From: a virus
Lineage: Duplodnaviria > Caudoviricetes
Virus record (IMG/VR): IMGVR_UViG_3300035148_000364
Location: 1 to 35,488 of that record
DNA length: 35,488 nt
Reading direction: 5' to 3' (one strand)
A program made the position numbers and the translations under genes. The notes under the pieces are model-generated. The model saw nothing but the letters and a program-made list of their open reading frames with translations. It made no database searches and was not told the origin of the DNA. Of this stretch, positions 15,528-25,061 are shown piece by piece. Within the stretch, counting starts at the first letter, position 1, and every line of letters starts with the position of its first letter.

Positions 15528-17272
15528 TGGCGCTGCGGATCCCCAAGTTCCTGCGGGATCTGCTCGACATCCCTACCCCCGTCACGGGGAAGTATCTCCG
15601 CTGGGCGTCCAACGGCACGGTCGAGAACGCCGACGCCGTGGGGCCGCAGGGAGACCCTGGTCCGCAGGGTCCCCAGGGCGCGACGGGGCCGACCGGCCCC
15701 GCCGGCCCGGCCGGCAACTGGTCTGCCGTCGAGGTGGCGGCGGGCGATCCCGACCTCCCCTACGGCGGCCTGCGGTTCACGCAGGGCCAGGACATCCTCG
15801 ACCTCTCGAACGGCCTGCCGGGCGCGGACGGTGCGGCCGGTGCGGACGGTGCGGACGGTGCGGCCGGTCCTGCCGGCCCCACGGGGGCCACTGGTCCCAC
15901 CGGCGCGACCGGCCCTGCCGGCCCCACGGGCCCGGTGGGTTCAACCGGCCCTACCGGCCCTGCCGGCCCCACGGGCCCTGCCGGCCCGAGCAACGTCACC
16001 GCCGCGACCGACACCAGCCTCTCCGGCTTCCTGAAGGGGGTGGCCGGGAAGGTGGCAGCGGCCCGGGTGCTCTGGGCCGACATCGGCGTATCGGTGAGCA
16101 CCACCGCCCCCGCGAACCCGGTGGAGTACTCGACCTGGGAGGCGACGGGGACCGGCTTCTGGGCCTGGCTGGACCTCTCGGCGCTCTCCGGGGCGTTCAA
16201 CATCCTGGCCACCGCGGCCTCGATGGCGATCACGCCCGGCGGGGCCCAGCTTGGCCTCATCGCGGGCGGGGCCTCGATGGAGATCACGCCCGGCAACGCG
16301 ACCTGGCAGATGGTCGAGTTGAACAACGTCACCATCACCTGTACCGCGGCCTCGATGGCGCTCACCGGCGGCACGGCGGTGCTCGGCATCAACGCGGAGG
16401 GCGCGGATCGCTCCATCACCCCCGGCGTCGCCACCTGCCACCCGCAGGAGACCACCTCCATCACCGCCGAGGGCGCGAGCCGGGCGATCACGGCGGGCGG
16501 CGCGTCCATCTCCATCGGCATCCCGATCACCTGCACCGCGGGCGTCATGGCGCTCACGCCGGGAGGTGCTTCCTGGCAGGAGGTCTCCTCGTCCACGGCC
16601 CCGAGCCTTCGCGCCGCCGGAACGATGGTCTACCGGACGACGACGGGAACGCTCACTCCTGCGCTGCCAAACGGCTGGCAGCAGGGCGACCTCCTCATCG
16701 TCCTGTCGAACAAGAACACAACGCCCTCCGGTTATTCTGCCCTGCAGTCCACCGAGCTTTCCCAGAACCTCTTCTACAAGATCGCTGGGGCAACGGAGTC
16801 CGATCCCTCGCTCGGATCCCAGTTGGCCGGCGCGTGCGCGGTGGTCCTCGTCTACCAGGGCGTGAATCAGACGACTCCGTTCAATGTGACGCCGGTCTCG
16901 AACACCGAGACCAGCGCAGGCGGCAGCAATACCTGTACGGTGAATACCACCGGGGTGACGACGACGGTGTCCAACTGCCTGCTGGTTCATGTCTGCAAGG
17001 GGTCGGATGACGGGTGGGACAATGGAGAGTCTACCGGCCCCAACTCTGGAGCGTCCTGGGGCAGCCCGGGCGGGGCGGCGACGACTGTCAACTTCGCGGG
17101 GTCGTTCTTCACTGCCGGCAACATCATGAGATCCCTGGCCGCCTACTCGGGAACACGGGCATCCGCTGGGGCCACCGGCACGGCGAGCGCGACCCTGTCG
17201 ATTTCGAGCTACAGTGGCGACTCCCTCGGCAGCGCCATCTATGGTCGCTGCTTCGCGCTGGCTCCGGCATGA
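15527..17272 (+). CDS. Collagen-repeat virion fibre/appendage protein
   Basis: Two Gly-X-Y tracts, repeated TAASMxITPGGA units, Thr/Ser-rich beta C-domain (LPNGWQQGDLLIV). Confidence 0.75.
   Translation: MALRIPKFLRDLLDIPTPVTGKYLRWASNGTVENADAVGPQGDPGPQGPQGATGPTGPAGPAGNWSAVEVAAGDPDLPYGGLRFTQGQDILDLSNGLPGADGAAGADGADGAAGPAGPTGATGPTGATGPAGPTGPVGSTGPTGPAGPTGPAGPSNVTAATDTSLSGFLKGVAGKVAAARVLWADIGVSVSTTAPANPVEYSTWEATGTGFWAWLDLSALSGAFNILATAASMAITPGGAQLGLIAGGASMEITPGNATWQMVELNNVTITCTAASMALTGGTAVLGINAEGADRSITPGVATCHPQETTSITAEGASRAITAGGASISIGIPITCTAGVMALTPGGASWQEVSSSTAPSLRAAGTMVYRTTTGTLTPALPNGWQQGDLLIVLSNKNTTPSGYSALQSTELSQNLFYKIAGATESDPSLGSQLAGACAVVLVYQGVNQTTPFNVTPVSNTETSAGGSNTCTVNTTGVTTTVSNCLLVHVCKGSDDGWDNGESTGPNSGASWGSPGGAATTVNFAGSFFTAGNIMRSLAAYSGTRASAGATGTASATLSISSYSGDSLGSAIYGRCFALAPA
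15640..15990 (+). repeat. Collagen-coding tandem repeats
   Basis: GCCGGCCCCACGGG and GCGGACGGT units encoding GPT/GPA/GAD triplets. Confidence 0.85.
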
Positions 17273-18588
17273 TCATCGTCGCCGACCACTCGCCCGTCTA
17301 CCTGCCGGCGTTCACCGGCGATGGCTGGTTCGATGAGGACGAGACCATTGGTGGCCAGACCAAGATCGGCAACCCGCCAAGCTACCAGGCGGGAGACTAC
17401 CTCATGGCGTTCATGCCCTCGTCCTGTCCCGGCGACGCTACGCCGAATTGGCTGAAGTATCAGTCATGGACCGGGGCGAACCCGCCGCGCCAACTCCCGG
17501 CGCAGATGCAGGTGAACGTCCGCATCGCGCAGGGAGCGTCCGAGGCCACCCACGGTAGCCTAGACTGGCACGAGGTTGGACACTCAGCCGACTGCTGCTG
17601 CCGCACGCGAACCGGCGACAATGGTCGCCAGCCCGATATGTACGGCATCAGTCTCGCTCTCCGGGGCGTCGATCCTGGCGACGGGAGCGACCTGATCTTC
17701 GGGGCGTCAGCAGGCCAGACATACCCCACCATGCCCTATGGCCCGGTCAGGGCCTGCGTGTTCTATGACCGGGGCGAGCCTTCCGGCGGGACCGCGACCA
17801 TTACCACCGACTCGTTCGTCGCGGACAGGGCCGGCGTGTTCGTCATCGGGCTCAACTACAAGGGCATCTACTTCGACGTGTCCGGCGAGGGCGACTACGC
17901 CAACCCGACGATGCGGTGGCCGACGACCCCGTTCGAGGGGGAAATCTGCCGGTATGAGTTCGCCTGGTCGGGGACTGCACCCAGTTGCTACTCCAACCTC
18001 GTCTACGATACCTCCGCGAACAGGCAGATGCGCGCCGGGACCGCGCTCTGCGTCATCAATGTGCCGTACCCACAGACCGTGCCGGCGAAGACGTTCAGCA
18101 TCGAGAACATCAACTACGCCGAAACCATCGACGGCCTGGGCGCGGGCGGGTGGTTCATTGCAGAGCCGCCTGGAGTGAGCATCTCGATAGTCTGGGACGG
18201 CACCACCGCCCGGCTCTCCGGCCAGCGCGACGCGGGGACGACGGTCGATGTGGACGCCACGAGCGGCACGGCCGGGGACGCGTCCTACCCCACCTCCACC
18301 GGGTGGGAGGCGCAGGTGACCGGCTGCGCTCCTGGCCAGCAGATCACCTTCACCGTCACCGACAGCAACGACGAGACCGCCAGCCTGGTGTCCTCGATGC
18401 AGGCGCTCGTCACAGAGGCCGGATCCATGGCGCTCACCGGCGGCGTGCCGACCTGGCTCACCGAGGCGGTGACGCCGCTTCATATCTGGTCTGGCACAGA
18501 GCAAGTGGTACTCCCTATCAGGGCCTGGAACGGGTCATCGTTCCAGACCGTGCCGTTGCGGGTGTTCAACGGGTCCACCTTCCAGTAG
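17269..18588 (+). CDS. Putative virion structural / receptor-binding protein, 439 aa
   Basis: ATGA coupling; YQAGDYLMAF similar to the C-domain of the preceding gene; C-terminal triple (W/F)-(N/S)-G-(S/T) repeat. Confidence 0.6.
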   Translation: MIIVADHSPVYLPAFTGDGWFDEDETIGGQTKIGNPPSYQAGDYLMAFMPSSCPGDATPNWLKYQSWTGANPPRQLPAQMQVNVRIAQGASEATHGSLDWHEVGHSADCCCRTRTGDNGRQPDMYGISLALRGVDPGDGSDLIFGASAGQTYPTMPYGPVRACVFYDRGEPSGGTATITTDSFVADRAGVFVIGLNYKGIYFDVSGEGDYANPTMRWPTTPFEGEICRYEFAWSGTAPSCYSNLVYDTSANRQMRAGTALCVINVPYPQTVPAKTFSIENINYAETIDGLGAGGWFIAEPPGVSISIVWDGTTARLSGQRDAGTTVDVDATSGTAGDASYPTSTGWEAQVTGCAPGQQITFTVTDSNDETASLVSSMQALVTEAGSMALTGGVPTWLTEAVTPLHIWSGTEQVVLPIRAWNGSSFQTVPLRVFNGSTFQ

Positions 18589-18596
18589 GAGCACGA

Positions 18597-19043
18597 ATGG
18601 CTACCACCACCTCCATCCACAACAAGGCCCGCTACCTGGCGGCCACCGGCGCGCTCGACCTGTCGAGCGGCAACATCGTGGCCATCCTCGTGTCCAGCAG
18701 CTACACGCCCAACCTCGACTCGCACCACTACATCAGCGATATCACAAACGAGTTGAGTGGAAACGGCTATAGCCGTCAGACATTGACTTACAGTGGAGTG
18801 ACGCGAGTCTCCGAGGACACCTCGAACAAGACCATCTTCACCTCTGAGAAGGTCGAGTTCACCGCCAGCGGCGGCTCCATCGTGGCCAGGCGGATGCTCC
18901 TGGCGAAGGACACCGGCACCCCGTCCACCTCGCCGATCCTCTGCAACATCCTGCTCGACAACTCGCCGGCAGACGTGACCGTGGCCTCGGGCAACAAGCT
19001 CTCGGTCAGCCCGGACGCGACCAACGGCTGGTTCTACCTCTAG
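18597..19043 (+). CDS. Conserved virion structural protein, 148 aa
   Basis: AGGAG RBS; LVSSSYTP..D.H....DITNELSGNGY..QTL..FTASGGSI motif common in phage fibre modules. Confidence 0.7.
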   Translation: MATTTSIHNKARYLAATGALDLSSGNIVAILVSSSYTPNLDSHHYISDITNELSGNGYSRQTLTYSGVTRVSEDTSNKTIFTSEKVEFTASGGSIVARRMLLAKDTGTPSTSPILCNILLDNSPADVTVASGNKLSVSPDATNGWFYL

Positions 19044-19070
19044 CACTCACCGTCAGGGGGCTCGAGCGCC

Positions 19071-20114
19071 ATGCTGGCCACCATCCGCGATCTGCAGGGC
19101 CAGGGGGATGCGGCGCTCTTCGTGCGCGCTCGCGACCCCGACGGCCACTACTGGAACTGGGTCTCCGACACCTGGGAGGACGCGGAGTCGGTCGCCACCA
19201 AGGCCTGGCTGACCGAATACGATGACGCCGACCCCGTCCAGAGTCGGTACTCGGCCGAGGTCGAGCCGCCGGCCGGAGAGGTGGTGCTGGAGTACGTTCG
19301 CGAGGCCACCGCGCTCGTCATCGGCGAGGAGTCCCTCTCGGTCCCGGGCACCACCACCGGGACCGTGGTCGGGGCCCAGGATCCTGGCGGGCGCTACCCG
19401 ACCGCGGGCGAGGTCATCGCCCAGGTGGCCCTGGAGTGCGACCTGAACGAGGTGGCCGACCCGTTCACCTCGAACGACCGCAACTCCAGGCTGCTGCGGG
19501 GGCTGCTCACCTCCTGCGGTCGCGAGCTTGTCCTGCTCCACCCCTGGCAGAACCTCGTCCGCACCTGCGAGTTCACCACCCAGCAGAACGACACCGGCGT
19601 CTACACCCTCCCGGCCGACTTCAACTACATGATCGACCAGACGGCGTGGGTGCGCTCCAAGCGCGCCCCGCTCGGCGGGCCGCTCTCGCCGCAGCAGTGG
19701 GAGTACGCCAAGGGCCGGTCCCTCGGGGCCACCATCAGTGCATGGTTCCGGCCGGCGCAGGGGTCGCTCTGGCTCTACCCGCAGCCGCCGGAGGTGGGGC
19801 TGGAGATCGCCTATGAGTACATCACCCGCTGCTGGGTGCAGTCGGCCGGAGCGAACACGCTCGACGCGGACCATGTCTCGGCCTCGCTCGACAAGGTGTA
19901 CTTCGACTGGCTCCTCATCGTGGCCCACCTGAAGCTCCGGTTCCTGCAGACGACCGGCTTCGACACCGCCATGGCGACCGCCGACTTCCAGCGCATCTTC
20001 GACATGGTCGCCTCACGCGACAGCAGCGCGCCGGAGATCAGCCTCGACGGCACCTCGAAGGAGTTCAGGCTCATCGACGGGGCGAACCTCCCCGAGACCG
20101 GCTGGGGGACCTAG
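19071..20114 (+). CDS. Head-tail adaptor (tail tubular A / P22 gp4-equivalent) with extra N-terminal domain
   Basis: YTLPADF...QTAW.R....LGGPLSPQQW, LYPQP, YEY, NLPETGWG; precedes the nozzle gene. Confidence 0.7.
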   Translation: MLATIRDLQGQGDAALFVRARDPDGHYWNWVSDTWEDAESVATKAWLTEYDDADPVQSRYSAEVEPPAGEVVLEYVREATALVIGEESLSVPGTTTGTVVGAQDPGGRYPTAGEVIAQVALECDLNEVADPFTSNDRNSRLLRGLLTSCGRELVLLHPWQNLVRTCEFTTQQNDTGVYTLPADFNYMIDQTAWVRSKRAPLGGPLSPQQWEYAKGRSLGATISAWFRPAQGSLWLYPQPPEVGLEIAYEYITRCWVQSAGANTLDADHVSASLDKVYFDWLLIVAHLKLRFLQTTGFDTAMATADFQRIFDMVASRDSSAPEISLDGTSKEFRLIDGANLPETGWGT

Positions 20115-21770
20115 GTGGCGAAGCGCATGGCGCTCCAGGGGAAGCGCACCCGCGCCACGCAGGGCGGCCTGCTCCAGGGCGCGCACCTCCCAGCCCCGAT
20201 GGGCGGGCTCAACGCGGTCAACGCCGGCACCGATATGCCGCAGGGGGACTGCATCGTCCTCGTGAACCGCTTCGCCTCGGAGTACGGCCTCAAGGTGCGC
20301 CAGGGGTACCGCTACTGGGTCACGGGCCTCGGGCCGCTCGGTACCGCCGAGGTGCGGAGCGTCATCCCGTTCACGGGCGGCTCGGCCGACGGCTCTGGAG
20401 ACCGGCTCTTCGCTGCCTGCATCGATGGCATCTACAACGTCACCACCTCGACCTCGTCGCCGACCAGGGTGCTCGCGTTCGCCGCCGCCGGCCAGAAGTC
20501 GGGCTGGGGCTCCAGCGTCGGCCTCTCCAACATCGCCGGGCACTTCCTCGTCTACACCGACGAGGTGAACGGCTACCACCTCTACACGGCCGGGACGAAC
20601 ACCTGGGCCAAGGTGGCGCAGGGGTCGAGCGGCGGCCAGGTCTCGGGCGTGGACCCCGGGAAGCTCGTCCACGCGGTGGTCTGGAAGAACCGCCTCTGGT
20701 TCGCCGAGCGCGACTCCGGGGCGGCCTGGTACCTGCCGCTCGGGGCCATCGCCGGGGCGGCCACCCGCTTCGACTTCGGCAACAAGTCGAAGAACGGTGG
20801 CTCGCTCGTGGGCCTCTGGTCTTGGACCCAGGACGGCGGCGCGGGCGTGGACGACCACCTCGTGGCGGTGCTCTCCTCCGGCGACGTGGTCATCTACAAG
20901 GGCACCGACCCCGACATCGCCGGGCAGTTCCAGCAGGTGGGCGTCTGGAACATCGGCTCGCTCCCGTCGGGCCGGCGGATCGCGACCGACTACGGCGGCG
21001 ACCTCCTGCTCATGTCCACCCGCGGCGTGCTCCCGCTCTCGAAGCTCCCGGGCGGCCAGGAGATGCTCTCCCAGGACCAGTACGCCACCTACAAGGTGCA
21101 GAACCTCTTCAACCGCTACTCCACCGAGCGCCGGAGCGAGCGCGGCTGGGACATCCGCATCCACCCGGAGGACAACGTCCTCATCATCACCATCCCGAAG
21201 CTCGGGGCCTCCACCCGGGAGCAGCTTGCCATGGGGCTCACGTCGAAGGCCTGGGCCACCTTCCAGGGGCTGGAGATCGTGTCGAGCGGCGTGCTGGGCG
21301 GGAAGCTCTACTTCGGCACGGCCGACGGAAAGGTCTGCCTCTCCACCGGCTACATCGACGGGGTGGGCCTCGATGGCGACACCGGCTCGGCCTCCCCGGT
21401 GAAGTGGTCGGTCATCACCGCCTTCCAGAATTTCGGGAACCCCAACCGGAAGCGAATGACGCTGATGCGCCCCATCTTCGTCGCCGACGTGGCGCAGCCC
21501 CTCTACGATGTCGAGGCCCGCTACGATCTGGACCTGACGCCGCTCGACGCCACCGTGACCGAGGGTGGCATCTCCTCTCGGTACGCCAGGTGGGACGTGA
21601 ACTACTGGGACGACGGGTCGATCTGGGCCGAGGCTGGCACCGAGGACCGGGGCTTCACCGGGGCCTCCGGCATGGGCGCGAACATGGCCATCGCCATCCA
21701 CGGGGAGTCTAGCTCCAGGGACTCCCTGGTCGGGTTCGACGCCATGTGGATGCAGGGAGGGGTCCTGTGA
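20115..21770 (+). CDS. Tail nozzle / tubular protein B (P22 gp10-like)
   Basis: 551 aa; LPAPMGGLN start, WKNRLWF, beta-propeller-like repeats; position. Confidence 0.8.
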   Translation: MAKRMALQGKRTRATQGGLLQGAHLPAPMGGLNAVNAGTDMPQGDCIVLVNRFASEYGLKVRQGYRYWVTGLGPLGTAEVRSVIPFTGGSADGSGDRLFAACIDGIYNVTTSTSSPTRVLAFAAAGQKSGWGSSVGLSNIAGHFLVYTDEVNGYHLYTAGTNTWAKVAQGSSGGQVSGVDPGKLVHAVVWKNRLWFAERDSGAAWYLPLGAIAGAATRFDFGNKSKNGGSLVGLWSWTQDGGAGVDDHLVAVLSSGDVVIYKGTDPDIAGQFQQVGVWNIGSLPSGRRIATDYGGDLLLMSTRGVLPLSKLPGGQEMLSQDQYATYKVQNLFNRYSTERRSERGWDIRIHPEDNVLIITIPKLGASTREQLAMGLTSKAWATFQGLEIVSSGVLGGKLYFGTADGKVCLSTGYIDGVGLDGDTGSASPVKWSVITAFQNFGNPNRKRMTLMRPIFVADVAQPLYDVEARYDLDLTPLDATVTEGGISSRYARWDVNYWDDGSIWAEAGTEDRGFTGASGMGANMAIAIHGESSSRDSLVGFDAMWMQGGVL

Positions 21771-22189
21771 AGATCCAGATGGCCGCCCCCTCGCGCTTCG
21801 AGTGGCTCTTGGAGCGGGCCGGCGGCCCGATGACCCCCGCCTTCAAGGCCCTGGAGATCGTGGACCGGCGGGACACCACCGTGGCGATGGTGGGGTTCGA
21901 CAACTGGACACCCACCTCGGCCCAGGTCTTCATAGCAATCGACGCGCCCATCGCAGCCCGCTTCGCGGGCCCAGTGCTGTCCTTCGCGTTCGCCTACCAC
22001 AAGTTGAAGCTCATCTGGGGCCTCGTGGGCGCTGCCAACGAGCGGTCCCTGCGGTTCGCCAAGAGGATCGGGTTCGTGGAGAAGGCCAGGATCGAGGACG
22101 CGTGGAAGGAAGGGGAGGACATGGTCCTCATCCAGTTGACCGGCAGTGACGCATCGCGCTGGCTCTCGGCCGGCAGGAAGGCAGCATGA
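21767..22189 (+). CDS. GNAT-family acetyltransferase (P22 gp14-like position)
   Basis: V.AANERSLRFAKRIGFVEKARI GNAT motif; between nozzle and ejection genes. Confidence 0.8.
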   Translation: MKIQMAAPSRFEWLLERAGGPMTPAFKALEIVDRRDTTVAMVGFDNWTPTSAQVFIAIDAPIAARFAGPVLSFAFAYHKLKLIWGLVGAANERSLRFAKRIGFVEKARIEDAWKEGEDMVLIQLTGSDASRWLSAGRKAA

Positions 22190-22190
22190 C

Positions 22191-22799
22191 ATGGGAAAGA
22201 ACTCGGCCTACCAGAATCGGTTCGACCAGAACGCGTCGATGCCGCAGTTCGGCATGAAGCCGGTGGACGTGGGGCAGATGGGCTACGGGCGAAACCCGTA
22301 CCAGCAGTCGATGTGGGACCAGGGGCAGTACGCCCGCGCCGGCCTCGGGCCGACGCCGCCGTCGCCGAGGACGGGTGTCCCCTCCGGCAGGACGGGCGAC
22401 TCGCCGGGTAGCCCGCTGCCCCCGGGCTCGGGCCTGGGCGGCATCATGGGCAACATCGCCGGAGCCATCGGCGGTGGAGCGGGAAACACCGTGCCGGCCC
22501 CGCCCCGTGCCATCCAGGCCCCTGCCGTCCAGCCGCTGGCCCAGGCGGCCGGCATCGGCGGGCTCGCGGGCCAGGTGCCCAACCCGGGATACCAGGCCCA
22601 GCCGATGCCAGCCCTTCCTCCGCTGGCGCAGGGCGGGTCCGACTACAGCATCGGCCTGCCCCCGCAGGCCCCTCCCGGCTTCATCCAGGGGGTCGCCGGT
22701 CAGTCCACGCCCATCACTCAGGCGGGAGCAGGACAGTTGAGCCCCAACCTCGCGCAGAGCCAGGCGCTCATCGCGGCCCTCCGCGGCAGCGGCCTCTAG
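22191..22799 (+). CDS. Pro/Gly/Gln-rich disordered protein, putative internal/ejection protein, 202 aa
   Basis: Starts MGK; ends QALIAALRGSGL; located at the head of the ejection cluster. Confidence 0.6.
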   Translation: MGKNSAYQNRFDQNASMPQFGMKPVDVGQMGYGRNPYQQSMWDQGQYARAGLGPTPPSPRTGVPSGRTGDSPGSPLPPGSGLGGIMGNIAGAIGGGAGNTVPAPPRAIQAPAVQPLAQAAGIGGLAGQVPNPGYQAQPMPALPPLAQGGSDYSIGLPPQAPPGFIQGVAGQSTPITQAGAGQLSPNLAQSQALIAALRGSGL

Positions 22800-22808
22800 G
22801 AGCCGACC

Positions 22809-25058
22809 ATGGGAAAGGCCGACGTTCCTGCGGCACCGGATTACACCGGCGCGGCGGAAAAGCAGGCGCAGTCCAGCACTCAGAACATCGAGCAGCAGAC
22901 CTGGGCCAACCGCCCCAACCAGTACACGCCCTTCGGGAGCGTCACCTGGCAGAACACGCCCACCTGGGATCCGGCCACCGGGCAGTGGATCAACCAGTGG
23001 AGCCAGAACGTCAGCCTGACGCCCGACCTCCAGGCGGCGGCCGACGCGCAGGGCCAGATCGCCCTCGGCCGCTCCAACATGGGCGTGCAGATGCTGAACA
23101 ACGCGTCGCAGGCCGCGATGCAGGGGCCCGACTACGCGAACCTCCAGAGCTACGGGTCGGTGCCGCAGGGCGGCAACATCCAGAGCGGCTTCGGCAACGC
23201 CGGGCCGGCGCTCCCCAGCGGGGCTCCGCAGGGCGGCAACCTCCAGGGCTACATCGCCGGTGCCGGCGGGCTCCAGAGCAGCATCCCCACCTACGGCACG
23301 AAGTCCGGCGTCAGCAGCCAGCCGCTGCAGCGCGGCGTCCAGCAGACCGGCATCCTGCAGGAGATCGGCAAGACCGGCGCGCAGGCCAACGTGGCCGGTG
23401 GTGGCAACATCGCCACCGGGTTCGCTCCAGGCTTCGGCATCGCCACCGAGGTGGGCCTCACCGGGCAGGTGAACAACGCCGGCCCGTCGATGGGCGGCCC
23501 CGTCGATTCACTCTCCGGCCAGGTGCAGCGCGGCCTCAACTACGGCGGCCTCGGGGACATCAACGACCTCGGCCAGGGCGACGCGGCCCGCCAGGCGATG
23601 TCCGATGCGGTCTACCAGCAGATGGCCTCACGGCTGGACCCGCAGTGGGACCAGCGGCTCGACCGGACGCGCTCGGAACTCTACAACATGGGGCTCCGCG
23701 AGGGCGACGCCGGCTACTCGGACGCGATGGGCGATGTCAACCGCGGGATGAACGACGCCTATAACCAGGCGATGTTGAGCGCGATCCAGCAGGGCGGGGC
23801 CGAGCAGCAGCGGCAGTTCGGGATGAACCTGGCGCAGCGCCAGCAGGGCGTCGGCGAGACCAACACGCAGGGTCAATTCTCGAACATGGCCACGCAGCAG
23901 GCGTTCAACCAGGCGCTCGGTGCCGGGCAGTTCCAGCAGGGCCTCAACCAGCAGGGGTTCAACCAGGGGCTCGCGCAGGCCAACCTGCAGAACGCCTCGA
24001 ACCTCGGCATGGCGCAGTTCCAGAACGCCGCGCAGGCGCAGCAGTACGGCCAGAACCTGGGCCAGGCCCAGTTCCAGAACCAGGCGGTGCAGCAGCAGTT
24101 CAACCAGAACCTCGCGCAGCAGCAGGCGTACAACCAGGCGCAGCAGCAGATCTTCGGCCAGAACCTCGCGGCCGGGCAGTTCCAGAACGCGGCCTCGGGC
24201 CAGCAGTTCAACCAGGGGCTCCAGGCCGGGCAGTTCGCGAACCAGGCCGCCGGCCAGGCGTTCGCGCAGGACCAGGCGAACGCCCAGTTGTACAACCAGG
24301 CGATGCAGCAGCAGTACGCGCAGGCGCTCGGGGCGGGGCAGTTCGCCAACGCGGCCCAGCAGCAGCAGTTCGCGCAGAACGCGGCCCAGCAGCAGGCCTA
24401 CAACCAGGCCCTCCTCGGCCAATTCGGCATGGGGCTGCAGAGCACGCAGATGAACGCCGCCCTGAACCAGCAGGGTTTCGGCCAGGCGCAGCAGGCGGCG
24501 GCCTTCAACAACCAGGCCGCCCAGCAGCAGTTCGCCCAGGACCAGGCGACCGCGGCGTACCAGAATCAGCTTCGCCAGCAGCAGTTGGCCGAGCAGATGC
24601 AGGCGCAGGGCTGGGGCCTCAACATGATCAACGCCGCCCTGGCCGGACAGCAGGTGGGGATGCCGGGGATGCAGAACTTCTCCCAGGCCTCGGCGGCGCA
24701 GCCGACTCAGTACCTCAGTGCGGCCGGGATGCAGTACCAGAGCGCACTCGACCAGTTCAACGCCCAGCAGGCGGCGAGCCAGGGCCTCATGTCGGGCATC
24801 GGCTCGCTCGCGGGGGCCGCGATGTCGGTGCTCCCGTTCGCGCTCTCCGACGAGCGGCTCAAGAAGAACGTCCGGCGGTCCTCGACCGAGCTTTTCCCGG
24901 GCGTCCCGCTGGCCTCCTGGGAGTGGGCTGGCGACAACTCCGGCGTCAGGCACCATGGGGTGATCGCGCAGGATCTGGAGAAGGTGCTCCCCCAGTTCGT
25001 GTTCGAGGACCAGCAGGGCTTCAAGATCGTGGACTACAGCTTCCTCGCGATGAGGTGA
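22809..25058 (+). CDS. DNA ejection (pilot) protein with Gln-rich repeats and C-terminal peptidase S74-like domain
   Basis: MGKADVPAAPDY, NRPNQYTPFGS; QFQNxA repeats; SDERLKKN...GVIAQDLEK..P..V....VDY. Confidence 0.75.
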   Translation: MGKADVPAAPDYTGAAEKQAQSSTQNIEQQTWANRPNQYTPFGSVTWQNTPTWDPATGQWINQWSQNVSLTPDLQAAADAQGQIALGRSNMGVQMLNNASQAAMQGPDYANLQSYGSVPQGGNIQSGFGNAGPALPSGAPQGGNLQGYIAGAGGLQSSIPTYGTKSGVSSQPLQRGVQQTGILQEIGKTGAQANVAGGGNIATGFAPGFGIATEVGLTGQVNNAGPSMGGPVDSLSGQVQRGLNYGGLGDINDLGQGDAARQAMSDAVYQQMASRLDPQWDQRLDRTRSELYNMGLREGDAGYSDAMGDVNRGMNDAYNQAMLSAIQQGGAEQQRQFGMNLAQRQQGVGETNTQGQFSNMATQQAFNQALGAGQFQQGLNQQGFNQGLAQANLQNASNLGMAQFQNAAQAQQYGQNLGQAQFQNQAVQQQFNQNLAQQQAYNQAQQQIFGQNLAAGQFQNAASGQQFNQGLQAGQFANQAAGQAFAQDQANAQLYNQAMQQQYAQALGAGQFANAAQQQQFAQNAAQQQAYNQALLGQFGMGLQSTQMNAALNQQGFGQAQQAAAFNNQAAQQQFAQDQATAAYQNQLRQQQLAEQMQAQGWGLNMINAALAGQQVGMPGMQNFSQASAAQPTQYLSAAGMQYQSALDQFNAQQAASQGLMSGIGSLAGAAMSVLPFALSDERLKKNVRRSSTELFPGVPLASWEWAGDNSGVRHHGVIAQDLEKVLPQFVFEDQQGFKIVDYSFLAMR
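23870..24600 (+). repeat. Gln/Ala/Asn-rich imperfect repeats, about 18-aa period (GQFxNxAxxQxFxQxLxx)
   Basis: Recurrent CAGTTCCAGAAC / TTCAACCAG units within 22809-25058. Confidence 0.8.
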
Positions 25059-25061
25059 CGC

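Noticed and set aside
15640-15990. Short tandem repeats as a possible CRISPR array or VNTR
   Set aside because: In-frame Gly-X-Y collagen codons with no unique spacers
23870-24600. Repeats as a possible CRISPR array or DGR template/variable pair
   Set aside because: Degenerate protein-level repeats; no reverse transcriptase or cas gene and no adenine-specific mismatch pair seen
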